Virus record (IMG/VR): IMGVR_UViG_3300037249_000287
Coordinates: 1 to 64,000 of that record
Reading direction: 5' to 3' (one strand)
Source: a virus
Lineage: Duplodnaviria > Caudoviricetes
DNA: 64,000 nt
Translations under genes and position numbers: made by a program
The notes under the pieces: generated by a model
The model's input: only the letters and a program-made list of their open reading frames with translations
Databases searched by the model: none
What the model was told of the DNA's origin: nothing
Shown here: positions 20,338-31,300 of the stretch, piece by piece
How the letters are laid out: each line of letters opens with the position of its first letter
Position numbering within the stretch: position 1 is the first letter of the stretch

Positions 20338-22109
20338 ATCGTTGATAAAACATTTAAAATTTCACTTGCATTTCTTATTTTCCTCGGTCTTTGTATTCTT
20401 GTGTCTACAAAGTCCTCGCCGTTTACATTAAGTAGCGTAAGCATATCCTCTGCTTGCATTTTCTTGCGTATAATGCCAGCATCGTCACGCAACATCCTAT
20501 AACAATCATATATAGTTCCGCCACACAAAAGTATCACATTGTCAAAAAGGTCAGGCGACATCCCCTTTAGGATGGTTTTCATCTTTTCCTTTGGCATCAT
20601 TTCGATGCGCCCGTTAGGTGTCTTTTGAAACTGGAAGATACGGCTTTCAAACACCATGTGTTTCATCAGTGTTGTACCTCCATCACGTTTCATATTCTTA
20701 TGATTGTATCTTGCATTTGCAAGGTTTGGCTCGTAGTGTATAAGTCCGCTTTGAATCATTTCCATTGCGACATGCGCCATTTCGTCCTTGAATGCTCTGA
20801 ACTGAGCCTTGCTTCTTTCCGTAGGTGCTTTTGCACCACTTACAAGCGTTGCCCTTGGGAAGCAGTCTTGCAGGAATCCAAATCCTTGCACATCAATAAC
20901 CATCTCCTTTTCTTGCAGGTTATGCTTGTCTCGGAAATCAACAGCCATAATAACAGCCTCTCGGTTGTTATTGTTTGTGCAGTATTTGTAATCACGGCAT
21001 ATCCATCCGTAGTGTGACCATAACTCCCAATACTTGAAAACAAGGTTGTCAAACCCCGTTGTAGCCATATCCATCGTCATTCTACGCTTTAATAATTGGC
21101 TTTCTGTTGGGACTTGTGACGGTCTAAACATACGTTCAACATCTGTTGTGGTAATTTCAACGTTCAGCAAATCATCCGTATTACTCTGTTCATCCGTAAT
21201 CGAATAGTTCCAGTTGTTTGCGTATGATGATGCTGCCGTTGCAGAGTTTGCAGTCATACCACGATAAGATTTGTTCTTTGCAAGCATCTTCTTGTTGTCG
21301 CGTATGTCGAATGTGAAGAACACCATAGAAAGAATGAAATCCCCGTATGTCATATCTGGGTCTTGCTCCATGCGCATATCTATAAGGTCTTTGCATTTCT
21401 CATAGACTTCACGCTTGGTACGTCCCCAATACATCTTGTCCATATCACCTTCGTGCATATAGAAGAACATAACGACTCCATCCATAGATGCGTCCACCGT
21501 CCCGTCGTCATTTATCCAACCGCCGCCGTGTTCGCCTTTTCCACAAATCTTACGTAGCGGGCACTCGCGCTCTGGGTTCTGTGCAAGGAATATCTGAGCC
21601 TTGCCAGCGGAATCAGAACGTAGACGTGGCATAAACGTGGTTATGGTTCGCCAAGCAAACTTATTTGCTTCGTCAAATATAAGCTTCTTTGCCTGCAAGC
21701 CTTTTGCAATCTTGTCAAGGACTATCGGGTTTTCGTTATCAAGCTGCTGGAACTTTAATTCACTACCGTTGTATAGCTTCATGCCCATATCCTCCTGTTT
21801 GCGTATAATCTCGCCTATCGGGTCGTGCGGCTGGCGTTTGACAGAACGGTCAACCAACGGGTACATAGACTTTACTGTATCACTAACCTTTCCAGCACCC
21901 CAGAAATCAGACACGTTACGCATAAAGCACACAATCTTTGCATTGTCGTTCATGGCAAGATATTCAATAGGAGCATAGTATAGGGCATACGTCTTGCCGC
22001 TACCAGTCGGGCCAGCAAGAACAACAAAATCCGCATTGGAACGAATGGCATATTTCTGATTGCCATCTTCCAATGGAGATAATACTATGTCATTGCGTTT
22101 TCTTGCCAT
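20334..22109 (-). CDS. terL: Terminase large subunit
   Basis: Walker A GPTGSGKT, Walker B LIFDEA, nuclease Asp motifs MDMATTGFD and SPDLFD; start re-set to MARKRN at 22109. Confidence 0.9.
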   Translation of the reverse strand: MARKRNDIVLSPLEDGNQKYAIRSNADFVVLAGPTGSGKTYALYYAPIEYLAMNDNAKIVCFMRNVSDFWGAGKVSDTVKSMYPLVDRSVKRQPHDPIGEIIRKQEDMGMKLYNGSELKFQQLDNENPIVLDKIAKGLQAKKLIFDEANKFAWRTITTFMPRLRSDSAGKAQIFLAQNPERECPLRKICGKGEHGGGWINDDGTVDASMDGVVMFFYMHEGDMDKMYWGRTKREVYEKCKDLIDMRMEQDPDMTYGDFILSMVFFTFDIRDNKKMLAKNKSYRGMTANSATAASSYANNWNYSITDEQSNTDDLLNVEITTTDVERMFRPSQVPTESQLLKRRMTMDMATTGFDNLVFKYWELWSHYGWICRDYKYCTNNNNREAVIMAVDFRDKHNLQEKEMVIDVQGFGFLQDCFPRATLVSGAKAPTERSKAQFRAFKDEMAHVAMEMIQSGLIHYEPNLANARYNHKNMKRDGGTTLMKHMVFESRIFQFQKTPNGRIEMMPKEKMKTILKGMSPDLFDNVILLCGGTIYDCYRMLRDDAGIIRKKMQAEDMLTLLNVNGEDFVDTRIQRPRKIRNASEILNVLSTI

Positions 22110-22136
22110 GATGTAATGTTTAAAAAGATTTCTTGT

Positions 22137-22146
22137 TGCAAATATA
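22137..22146 (-). promoter_or_regulatory. -7 element of leftward late promoter (TATATTTGCA)
   Basis: TAnnTTTG match 27 nt upstream of terL start. Confidence 0.6.
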
Positions 22147-22255
22147 CACATCGTTTCGATGTGTTTTAATAAACCACAAAAGAATGTTTGTTGTTTTTTA
22201 TATCTTGTAAGCGAAAAGTATGCTATAATAATTTCCAACAACTTTACCTCGTTGT

Positions 22256-22265
22256 TATTTTTGCA
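22256..22265 (+). promoter_or_regulatory. -7 element of rightward late promoter (TATTTTTGCA)
   Basis: TAnnTTTG match 43 nt upstream of scaffold ATG; divergent from terL promoter. Confidence 0.6.
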
Positions 22266-22308
22266 CAAACAATTTATGTTTTTAATGTTAAAATAGGAGA
22301 AAACTATC

Positions 22309-22944
22309 ATGACCAAAGAAGAAGTTTTGCAGAAAGCAAACGAGTATTGTACGGAGAAAGCGTACACAAACGAAACTCTAACTGACGATTTTAAAGACAA
22401 GTTCGCGGATTTCTTTTCCAAGAAATATCCAGAAACTGATGCTGATGATGAAACAATGTTTGCTGATTTGAAGTTCAATCTTGACACAGCATTTAGTGCA
22501 ACATCTAAAGGCGTAACCGCAAAGCAGAAAGCGTTTGAGGAAAAAGAGAACGAATTTAAGCGTCAGATTGACGAGTTAAACAAAAAGCTGGAAAAAAAAC
22601 CAAAAGTCGAAAAACAAGTCGAGATTCCTAAAGAATTACAAGACAAGCTTGACGAATTGGAAAAGTTCAAGGATGCACAACGCAAACAAGAAAAGTACAA
22701 AGCGGTTTTGGCTCTGGCAAAAAAAGGCATTCGGGAAGACTTGCATAAGTCGTTTGAAAACTACGCAACGGATTTTGCAGTCAGCCTGGATGAAACGGAC
22801 GAGGAACAGGCAAAGAAATTGACTACGCGCTTCCAAGACATTTTTAAGGATTCGATTGGCGACATCAAGCCTCTCGCGCCTAAACAGACACAGAAACAGG
22901 AGCAAGAGTTCATAGAGTCCATTAAAAAAGTAAAAGTATGTTGA
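22309..22944 (+). CDS. Capsid scaffolding protein
   Basis: 211 aa, charged coiled coil, first gene of head operon. Confidence 0.65.
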   Translation: MTKEEVLQKANEYCTEKAYTNETLTDDFKDKFADFFSKKYPETDADDETMFADLKFNLDTAFSATSKGVTAKQKAFEEKENEFKRQIDELNKKLEKKPKVEKQVEIPKELQDKLDELEKFKDAQRKQEKYKAVLALAKKGIREDLHKSFENYATDFAVSLDETDEEQAKKLTTRFQDIFKDSIGDIKPLAPKQTQKQEQEFIESIKKVKVC

Positions 22945-22971
22945 ACTTTTAATAATTAAGAATTAAAGATT

Positions 22972-23649
22972 ATGGTAACGAATTTAGCTTATTTCTACGA
23001 AACGTCGCAAAAGACACGCGGCGGCAAGTGGGTTTGGGTTAAGGATTCTAACGGCGAACAGCGTGGAAACGTGTTGCTTGGCGGCACTATCCTTAATCCA
23101 AAGAAGGGCTTCGACCATCTTTATGCAGCACAACTGGTACAGTACACACCAGCGCAAGGTTGTCTTATCTTCCGCTCTTTTGGTGTAAAGACCGCTACTT
23201 CTGCTGCAACAGACACCACCATATATATCAATGGTGATGGTTATGGTGATGCTCCCGAAGTTGGAATGCTGATTATGAAAGCCCCTTCTGCTGCTACTGG
23301 CACAGGACAGTCAGCGGTTGTGACAAACGTGGTTTATGACGAGACTAACGAGCAGTTTGCTGTCACGCTAAGTGTTGCACTCGGTTCGCTTTCGGCTGGA
23401 GACATCCTTGTCGAAGCTGTTGGTGACGAGGCAAGCGCAAGTGCTACCGTTCTTGTTCCAAAGCCCAACACGTTCATTGAGGCTGACCGCGACCTGATGC
23501 CCACCGAAGGCTTTGGTATTACTGGTCAAGCTAACTACTCTATCAGCACTGTCTACAACAAGCAGGCTTGGATTGCCCGCATGCAGCCGCTGCCCGCTTA
23601 TGTGCTTGCTAACAACCGCTCGCTGATTGACGGAATTTTCTGGATTTAA
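22972..23649 (+). CDS. Head decoration / minor capsid protein
   Basis: 225 aa Ala/Thr/Gly-rich between scaffold and major capsid; highly expressed-type codon use. Confidence 0.6.
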   Translation: MVTNLAYFYETSQKTRGGKWVWVKDSNGEQRGNVLLGGTILNPKKGFDHLYAAQLVQYTPAQGCLIFRSFGVKTATSAATDTTIYINGDGYGDAPEVGMLIMKAPSAATGTGQSAVVTNVVYDETNEQFAVTLSVALGSLSAGDILVEAVGDEASASATVLVPKPNTFIEADRDLMPTEGFGITGQANYSISTVYNKQAWIARMQPLPAYVLANNRSLIDGIFWI

Positions 23650-23667
23650 AGAAAGGAGGATTAGATT

Positions 23668-24945
23668 ATGGCAAACGCATTAAAATGGCAATGGTCTCCT
23701 GATGAGGCTATCGAAAAACTGTATAAGCACGGTCTGCTCGACGGAACCAATCAGGGTTTCTTGCAGACGCTTATCGACAACACTATTGAGATTGACGAGA
23801 ATGCTTTCTTCTGGCAAGAGCATTTCCGCGTAGAGGGTAATGAATATCAAATTGACATCGCTGATTTGAAAAAGAACCCTGCTTGGACTGTTCGCCAGAA
23901 GATTAACCGCACCGTTCCTATGGCTGATGCAATGGCTCCGCTGTCTGAGACCATGCAGCTCGATGCTGAAGGATTCACCGAGAAGACTGGCTCTATCTAC
24001 CAGTATGGTAAGGGACTGTTTGAGACATCAATGTCAAAGTTGGAGTTGCAGGCACGTCTTCGTGAACTTGGCTCAGACCAGTCTTTGGTAGAGGGTTATG
24101 TGCGTGGTGTTGCAGACTTGGTTAAGACGCACAACCTGCGTGTTTCCAACATGGCTGCTATGACACTTTCTCGTGGTGGTGAGTATGGTAACATGATTGC
24201 TCTGCCCAAGGTTGGTGGCGGCACTGGCACTACACAGGGCTTTAGCGGTGTTCAGGTATATCAGTCGCCCTACATTCCTGCCGCAAACTACAAGCACGCT
24301 ATCACCAAGGTTTGGTCTGCTGCCGACGCAGACATCCCCGAACAGATGCGTCAGATTGAGTTTGACTTCAAGGAAGCAAACAACATTCCTGAAAACACAC
24401 CGTTCGAGTGGGATATTCCTTGGGACACCGTTGTAAACATTCTGTTGAAGAATGCTGCCTTCATTAAGGAGGTGAACCGTTATATTGCACTGTATGCTCC
24501 AGACAAGGTAATCATCGTCAACAGTGGCTCTTCTACGACCACCGTAGACACCATCACCTACGAGCAGTTGGTTGCATATAGCCGTTCAGCTATCTCTAAG
24601 ATTTCGCCTATCCGTATTGTGCGTGAGCAGCAGACGGTTCAAGGTATCACCACCTACCACACCGTGAAGGGTTGGAATCCTAACGTAGTTGTGTTGCGTC
24701 CTCTTGGCTATGCTGGTGTACTTGTGCATGCACAGGTTGCCGACGTTGAGCTGATGCGTAGTGGCGAGGTGAACAAGAACATTGAGTTCTCGCTGGCAAA
24801 GGTACAGGGCTTCCTTAACGTCATCAACAAGACCGTTCCCAATGGTATGCTCAAGGCTTACCACACGGACGTTATCGGACGTTACGCCACTGTGCTTGAC
24901 GAGTCTCAGTATCACGTAATAGTTGACATTACAAGAACAACGTAG
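23668..24945 (+). CDS. Major capsid protein
   Basis: 425 aa, position in head module, strongest SD-like element in window. Confidence 0.75.
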   Translation: MANALKWQWSPDEAIEKLYKHGLLDGTNQGFLQTLIDNTIEIDENAFFWQEHFRVEGNEYQIDIADLKKNPAWTVRQKINRTVPMADAMAPLSETMQLDAEGFTEKTGSIYQYGKGLFETSMSKLELQARLRELGSDQSLVEGYVRGVADLVKTHNLRVSNMAAMTLSRGGEYGNMIALPKVGGGTGTTQGFSGVQVYQSPYIPAANYKHAITKVWSAADADIPEQMRQIEFDFKEANNIPENTPFEWDIPWDTVVNILLKNAAFIKEVNRYIALYAPDKVIIVNSGSSTTTVDTITYEQLVAYSRSAISKISPIRIVREQQTVQGITTYHTVKGWNPNVVVLRPLGYAGVLVHAQVADVELMRSGEVNKNIEFSLAKVQGFLNVINKTVPNGMLKAYHTDVIGRYATVLDESQYHVIVDITRTT

Positions 24946-24990
24946 TATAGTTTTTTTCATAGTTATTAGTTTTGTTTAGTTAGTGAAGCA

Positions 24991-25374
24991 ATGACGGTAT
25001 TAGAATGGCTTAAAGCATCCACGACATACACTCGTTTTGACGAGCAGAATTTTGTCAAGATAGCATTAGAAAGGGGTGTTGACCCAGAGGATGATGCCTA
25101 TGGCGAGAATGTGACGAAACGTGACAGGGAACTGATGACGGCAGACATCATATTTGCAGCCGTGCTTTTAAGTCCGTCTAATACCTCGTCATTGCAACAG
25201 TCGCACAATGGCTATCAAAAAACCATTGGCTCTGAACAGGACTTTTACCAAGATGAGAAAATCAAGTATGCAATACGTATGTACAAACTATACGATGACG
25301 ATAAGGCTGAGATATTAGAAGGCATACAGAAGAAGATTAGGTTCATACCGATTGAAGACGTTGACAGGCTATGA
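24991..25374 (+). CDS. Head-tail connector (adaptor)
   Basis: 127 aa after MCP; synteny. Confidence 0.55.
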   Translation: MTVLEWLKASTTYTRFDEQNFVKIALERGVDPEDDAYGENVTKRDRELMTADIIFAAVLLSPSNTSSLQQSHNGYQKTIGSEQDFYQDEKIKYAIRMYKLYDDDKAEILEGIQKKIRFIPIEDVDRL

Positions 25375-25709
25375 CAAGGGACGAGATTCTTGAATACCCA
25401 TACCAAGGCACTATAACCCGCTTGATTGAGGGGCACGGTGATGAGGATGATAGGGAAATACTTCTCTACGAGGGTGTGATGGATGAACACATGGTTACGG
25501 ATGACGAGGGGCGTGTTCTCCAGACATCATCTTATATCATTTCAATACCGCTTACACAAAATGGCGATGGTAGTTATATTATCCCAAGGAGCGGAGATGA
25601 AATATCCCTTGTAAGATACGGCGAGCCATTAAGGTTTGTTGTTGAAAATGCAGAGCCTTCGCAGATTGGTGGTGTTAGTATCTATGTGACACGCAAGAGT
25701 TGGGATTAG
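25371..25709 (+). CDS. Head closure protein
   Basis: 112 aa beta-rich; synteny. Confidence 0.55.
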   Translation: MTRDEILEYPYQGTITRLIEGHGDEDDREILLYEGVMDEHMVTDDEGRVLQTSSYIISIPLTQNGDGSYIIPRSGDEISLVRYGEPLRFVVENAEPSQIGGVSIYVTRKSWD

Positions 25710-25712
25710 TAT

Positions 25713-26360
25713 ATGAAGGAGTCTAAGGTTATATTCGACACAAAGAAGCTTGCAGCAGAGATGATGAAGAATCTTTCTGCCGAGCAGACCAACAGGCTTA
25801 TTGAGTATGCTAAAAAAGAAATTGTAAAGCTTGGTGAAATGATGGAAAAAGGCGGCAAGGATAGGACTGGGCATCTTCTTAATTCTCTTTGTTGGGGTGT
25901 GACCTACAATGGAGATTTGAAAGATAGCGGGTTCTACCGCCAAGCCACACTTCACACTTATACCAACAGATATGGACAAGAACGAGGAAAAGGTATTCAC
26001 GGAGGCACAAACTCTTATTTGCATGAATATTTCATCAATGACAGAGAACTTGTGATAGGTAGAAGACTTGCAGAAGAGTACATTAACAATGTCAAAGGTA
26101 AATCTGGCAAATGGACAGTATTTTTTGCAGTTCTTGCACCATATTGGGGATATTGGGAAAGCGGCTTTACACACGTATCTACCGGTAAGCGTATGCAGTT
26201 TCAAGTAATGACACATATTTATGACGATGTTCGTATAGAGTTAAAGCCAGCAAAGACGCACCTCACAGTGTATGTGCCAAAATACATATACAAGAGCCAG
26301 AAATGGAAGAAGAAGCTTAAAAACCGTGTTGGCGTTGTAAAGATTGGTAAAGAAAGGTAA
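25713..26360 (+). CDS. Neck/tail completion protein (HK97 gp10-like)
   Basis: DRTGHLLNSL motif; basic C-terminus. Confidence 0.6.
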   Translation: MKESKVIFDTKKLAAEMMKNLSAEQTNRLIEYAKKEIVKLGEMMEKGGKDRTGHLLNSLCWGVTYNGDLKDSGFYRQATLHTYTNRYGQERGKGIHGGTNSYLHEYFINDRELVIGRRLAEEYINNVKGKSGKWTVFFAVLAPYWGYWESGFTHVSTGKRMQFQVMTHIYDDVRIELKPAKTHLTVYVPKYIYKSQKWKKKLKNRVGVVKIGKER

Positions 26361-26366
26361 TGGATT

Positions 26367-26807
26367 ATGTTCAGCGAATCGAGAATAGCGATATACGAGT
26401 TCTTAAAGCCGATGTTTGAGGGTGTTACTCCAAACGTCTATTCAATGCGTGTGCCAACTGAAAACACGGAAGATGACACCAAGAATGGTTTCATTGTCAT
26501 TCAAGTTGGCGGCATAAACGACGAGTCGGAGTTTGGTCTTGATACATTTGGTTGGGTTCGCTGCTATGTTACCGCTTATGTTCCTCAGAAGAAGCGTGGA
26601 CGCTTGGATGCCGAAAGGTATGCGGAGTTTGAAGACGGCATAAATGCCGTTATAAGAACTCTCGTACAGAATCCTCAAAACGACAGCCCGTATTTCGTTC
26701 AAGAAGACGGAATCTTATCTATGGATGACGACGAAGATACGAATAAGGGCAATCAGTACAATGTCTTTGTAAAGTCTTTCGTTGTTGTAGCAAACAATCA
26801 AGAGTAA
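26367..26807 (+). CDS. Tail terminator protein
   Basis: 146 aa directly before tail tube; synteny. Confidence 0.55.
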   Translation: MFSESRIAIYEFLKPMFEGVTPNVYSMRVPTENTEDDTKNGFIVIQVGGINDESEFGLDTFGWVRCYVTAYVPQKKRGRLDAERYAEFEDGINAVIRTLVQNPQNDSPYFVQEDGILSMDDDEDTNKGNQYNVFVKSFVVVANNQE

Positions 26808-26852
26808 CAAATTTAAAAGTATAAACAACTAATTTAAGAAAGGGTAAAAATT

Positions 26853-27365
26853 ATGTCAAAGAAAACAACTTTGAAGCCGATTGGTCTGAAATACGGCAAT
26901 GTTGGTGGTGAGGCAACCACTCAACTTATGGGTGTTCTTCGTGGTCTTACAATCGCACAGGACGAGCCTGAATCAACCGAGATTGAGGCCGAGTTCTATG
27001 ACGCTCCGTTCGACATCTTCTATCAGGGTAATCCTGTTACGATGACGTTTGAGCTTGCCAACTACGGCCTTGATGAACTTCAGCCCTTGTTCGGCGGTTC
27101 TCATACGGCTGGAACTACTACGGCAGAAGAGGTTTACGAAGGTGCGCCGAGTGCTTACACTTCTGAGCATTCTTGGGAGCTTTCTTTCGGTCGTGGCTTT
27201 GGTAAGCTGTACATCTACAAAGGTCTTACCGTTGGCACTTTGAAGAAGGATGCAGACGGTGCTTTGAACTACAGCGTAACCATCACCGCACTTGTGTACA
27301 CTGACACTACCGTTACTCCTAACGTAGACCACATGTACAAGATTATTGGCGACAAGACAGCCTAA
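26853..27365 (+). CDS. Major tail (tube) protein
   Basis: 170 aa, precedes chaperone and tape measure, followed by terminator. Confidence 0.7.
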   Translation: MSKKTTLKPIGLKYGNVGGEATTQLMGVLRGLTIAQDEPESTEIEAEFYDAPFDIFYQGNPVTMTFELANYGLDELQPLFGGSHTAGTTTAEEVYEGAPSAYTSEHSWELSFGRGFGKLYIYKGLTVGTLKKDADGALNYSVTITALVYTDTTVTPNVDHMYKIIGDKTA

Positions 27366-27395
27366 AAAACAAATTCTTTTGTTTTCGTGAACGTG

Positions 27396-27438
27396 GGGGA
27401 GCGTTTATAGGGGTGTCCCCTGTGACGCTTCCCTTTTT
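27396..27438 (+). terminator. Intrinsic terminator
   Basis: GGGAGCGT...ACGCTTCCC stem with inner GGGG/CCCC stem and TTTTT tail. Confidence 0.7.
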
Positions 27439-27447
27439 AGTTTCACG

Positions 27448-28092
27448 ATGACAAAAACAAAAACGTTCACGAATATGGCAAGAAAAAAGAAAGAAGAAGA
27501 TGTAAAGGTTGAAAATGGAATGCCTGACTTTTCCATAGAAATAAAGCGCGACATTGTAGACATCATCAATGATAGTCCATCATTGGTTTTGTTGGGCGAA
27601 AAGGAATATGTAGTTAAGAATATGCGCTACTATTCCTTGTATCGCATTTGTAGGCTTGTTATGGATATGCGCAAGGCAGATGAAACGTTAGATACCGACC
27701 AAAAGATTATAACTGCCTTGTGTACCGATTTGGATGCGATGTGTGAAATAATGGCAATCGTGTTGTGTAATCACAGGTTTACGCCAGATGACATACATTC
27801 TTACGAGGATGTAGATGACGTGATGTCGCGCAACGACAAGATGGTTGCTATGATGAAAGCCAAGGTGATGAATAGCACATTTGACACAAACCAGTGGGCA
27901 GCGATTGTTCTTGGTGCGATAAAGTCAATTGATTTGAGTGGTTTTTTTTTACTCAAAAAGTCGGTGAGTACGCTTACGGATTCACTTCTGATGCGGAAGA
28001 AGAAATCGGAGGAGACAGCATCACTGTTTATGGAAGCACTATCATTGCAGACGCAAGCGACTTCCTCAGAGCTTTCACCCAATACCGATTAG
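27448..28092 (+). CDS. Tail assembly chaperone (G-like)
   Basis: 214 aa before tape measure; slippery site at 27940-27950. Confidence 0.75.
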   Translation: MTKTKTFTNMARKKKEEDVKVENGMPDFSIEIKRDIVDIINDSPSLVLLGEKEYVVKNMRYYSLYRICRLVMDMRKADETLDTDQKIITALCTDLDAMCEIMAIVLCNHRFTPDDIHSYEDVDDVMSRNDKMVAMMKAKVMNSTFDTNQWAAIVLGAIKSIDLSGFFLLKKSVSTLTDSLLMRKKKSEETASLFMEALSLQTQATSSELSPNTD

Positions 28093-28340
28093 ACGATTAC
28101 CTATATAAGTTAAGCATAGCGCAGATTCAGTTTATGGCGGTTGACAACACGCACACTAAATACCTTAAAGGTACGGACAAAAAGGCTTGGAACGGGTATA
28201 AGGAGGCATACGAGGCCAACAAGCAACTTGAAACGTTCATGGGTGGTCTTGGAGTTCCTAAAAACCTAAAGGCTGGCGAGGAAATCGAAATTCCAGTCAA
28301 CAAGGGCAAGAAGAAAAAAAAAGAAAGAATAACAATTTAA
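27940..28340 (+). other. Programmed -1 frameshift extension of tail chaperone (GT-like)
   Basis: GG followed by T9 at 27940-27950; -1 frame is open from 27948 to TAA 28340 and in frame with the 28134 ORF. Confidence 0.75.
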
Positions 28341-28352
28341 ACTCTATAACGT

Positions 28353-31300
28353 ATGGCAGATACATCAGCAACAATCATCGCTGCGTCGCTTAACAGTGAC
28401 GACCTTGAAAAGTCGATTAACAAACTTGTTGAAACCGTTGCAACGAAAACAAAAGCAATGGCAGACAACTTTACGTCGGAGGTCAAGCGTATGGAGCAAG
28501 CCGTCAAAAACCTTGGCAACATTAAGATTGATTCTGGTGGAACAGCAGATGGCGGTTCTGCAAAACGTGCGGCTGGCTTTGAAAAACTCCAAAAGTCCGT
28601 TAATGACGCAAGCGCATCATTACAGAAGCACCAAAACGAACTTGTAACGCTAAAAAATGTGCTTGGCTCTGCACAAGAACAAGAAAATTCTTTTTTACAG
28701 GCAAAGCAAAACGCGGCAAACACTATTTCCAAGGAGAATGAGTTGTTGCAACGTCAAGAGCAAGAGTTGGCTAACTTGAAGAGCCAACAGTCGTCTTTTG
28801 TTGGTACAAATCAACAAACTACTGCATCAATAGACAAGCAAAGAGAGTCTGTCGCAAACTTAAAAAACGAAGTTAAGTATTGGCAATCTGTCGTGTCTCA
28901 AATGCAGAGTGGTGACAAAAAACTTAGGTTTAACTCACTTTGGCTTGGCGATACAACATCAAAGCAGGGGCATGACATATTGGATGTTGCTAACAAGCTG
29001 TATTCCATTATGCAAAAACTTGGAATGGAGACAGAAAAAGGTTCTGCATCAACTTCGCAGGCAGTTAGGGCAGCAGAAGAACTTGCTAAATACTACAAGA
29101 TTAGTAGAGAAGAGGCAGAAAAACTAATCCTTTCGGTACAAGAATCACCATTGGCTCGCGGGAAATACACCACACACTACGACACACGCTTTGGTCTTGA
29201 TAATCTCACAATGCAACAAAAGACTATTGATGATTTTGCATTGAGAAAAGAATTGGCACAAGGCAAACTAACATTTGAAACAGACAATCTTACTCTTGCT
29301 AACAAGCGTCTTGAAGAATCTGAAAAGGCTGTTGCTTCCGCATCATCACAAAGGTCTCAACTCGATTCTCAAATAGCCGCAAAAGAAAAAGAGATTGCAG
29401 AGACCAAGGTGCGCATTACTGCTGCAACAAAAGAACAGTCCGATGCTGAAAAGAACGCAAGCCAAGCGTCACAAGTAAGAGCGAATGTTGAATCAAAGAT
29501 TGTTGCACAAGAAAAAATCATTTCTGACACAAGACAACAACTTACATCAGCAACAAAGGCTTTGGCAGATGCTGAAAAACAAACGGCTGATGGTGGTAGT
29601 TCAAGACGCACATCAAAGCAGAAAGAGGAAGAAATGCAGGCTAAAGCAACAACGCAGGCTTATAAAGAACAAAAGACTGTTGTTGGCGAATTAGCAATGT
29701 CCTTTGACAACCTTAATACGGCTATAACAAAATCAAATAGTAAACTTGCAGCCAAGTTTGACGTTACAGAACAGCAAAAGGTTCAACAACTTGAAGCACA
29801 AAGAACTGCAATCGAAGACAAAATTGTTGCACGCCAAATAGAAATAGACGAATCGTATCGTTCGCAACTTGCAACGCTTTCAAAAACGAGAAGCGAACTT
29901 GAATCAAAGGCAAATCTCACTTCAAAAGAACAAGCAGATTTAAAGCACGTTGCAACCGAATGGGAAAGAATCAATAAGATTGTTCACGACATAAGCAACA
30001 GGCCAATTGTTGCGACAGATGACACAACTGGCAATCTTGGTCGATTACAACAGCAATTAATTGAGACAAACAAGCAACTTGACGAGTCGAGAAAGCGCAT
30101 TCAAGAAATGAACTTTGAAAGAGCAAAGATGTATGATGGCTCGCTTTCGGGTTTGGTTCAGAATGCGCAAGCAACAATGAAGTACCAAAACGACACTTTG
30201 AAAAAGTCGTTTGAAGATTTGTTGAAAAAGCCAACGCACGATGTTGATGAAATGCGTGCAAAGATGGAACGCCTACAAACTTTCCTTAACAACATCAAGC
30301 CGTTAAATATTTTCTCTCCCGAACTTATTGCAAATGGTGAACGCGCAATAAATAAGTTAAAGAATGAGATACAAAAGTTTAACGACAAACCGACAAAGCA
30401 AGCATTTGCAGATGCATTAAAATTGCCTGACAGAACACAGAGTGAAATTATTACAAAGATAAATAGAATACGCGATGCTATAAAAGGTGTTGAGGGTACT
30501 AAGATTGTAAGCGAAACCGAAATTGCAAGGGCAAAAAGCCTTATTGACAGTTTGCGCGATAAGTGGGATAAACTATATAACGCACCAAAGGATAGAAAGT
30601 TGCGTATAGAATTTGCTGATGCTCTGAAAATGCCTACAAACAACATCGACGAAATTGCAGCAAAGTTGATGCGCTTACAGTGGATTCTACAAGAAATGCG
30701 TGGTATGCAAATACTTTCGCCAGATAAGATTGCAACAGGAAACCAGCAGATAAGTGTTCTTTTGTCGAAACTTGAGGCAGAAATGAGTCTACGACAACAA
30801 ATAAATGCTGTCGAGCAGGCTGATATGCAAAACACGCAAAAAAGGATTGAACTTGAAGCGAAATATGGCGAGGAAGTTGCAAGGGCTGCTAAAATTGCAA
30901 ACGATTGGCTGCAAAAGAATAAAGAAGCCACAATACTAAACAAGGAAGGAACATTTGTTATCCGTGACCCAAAAGAAGGTCAAATAGTCGGCCAGAGCAT
31001 AGAGGCACAATTACTTGCTTACAAAGCTATTAATGGCGAGTTAAATCTTGAACTTGAGGTGCAAAAAGCAATCGCGAACACTGTTAATTCTATTGCACAG
31101 GCCGAACAAAGAAGACAGATACAAGCACAAGCACAACCAGCTGCAAACAAGTCGTTTGCGGATTATGAAGATTTGCGTACTGCTATTGCTGCTGTTTTAC
31201 GTATTCGCGAGAACGAAGTCTCTTTGGCTAATTCTGAAGACGCATCATACAGGGCATTATCGCTAACGTTGAAGCAATTAAAACAAGCCTACGAAAGTCT

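Noticed and set aside
22110-22487. 126-codon N-terminal extension of terminase in the ORF track
   Set aside because: Overlaps the scaffold gene and both late promoters; a promoter sits just upstream of MARKRN
28134-28340. Independent 68-aa gene
   Set aside because: Better explained as the end of the -1 frameshift product
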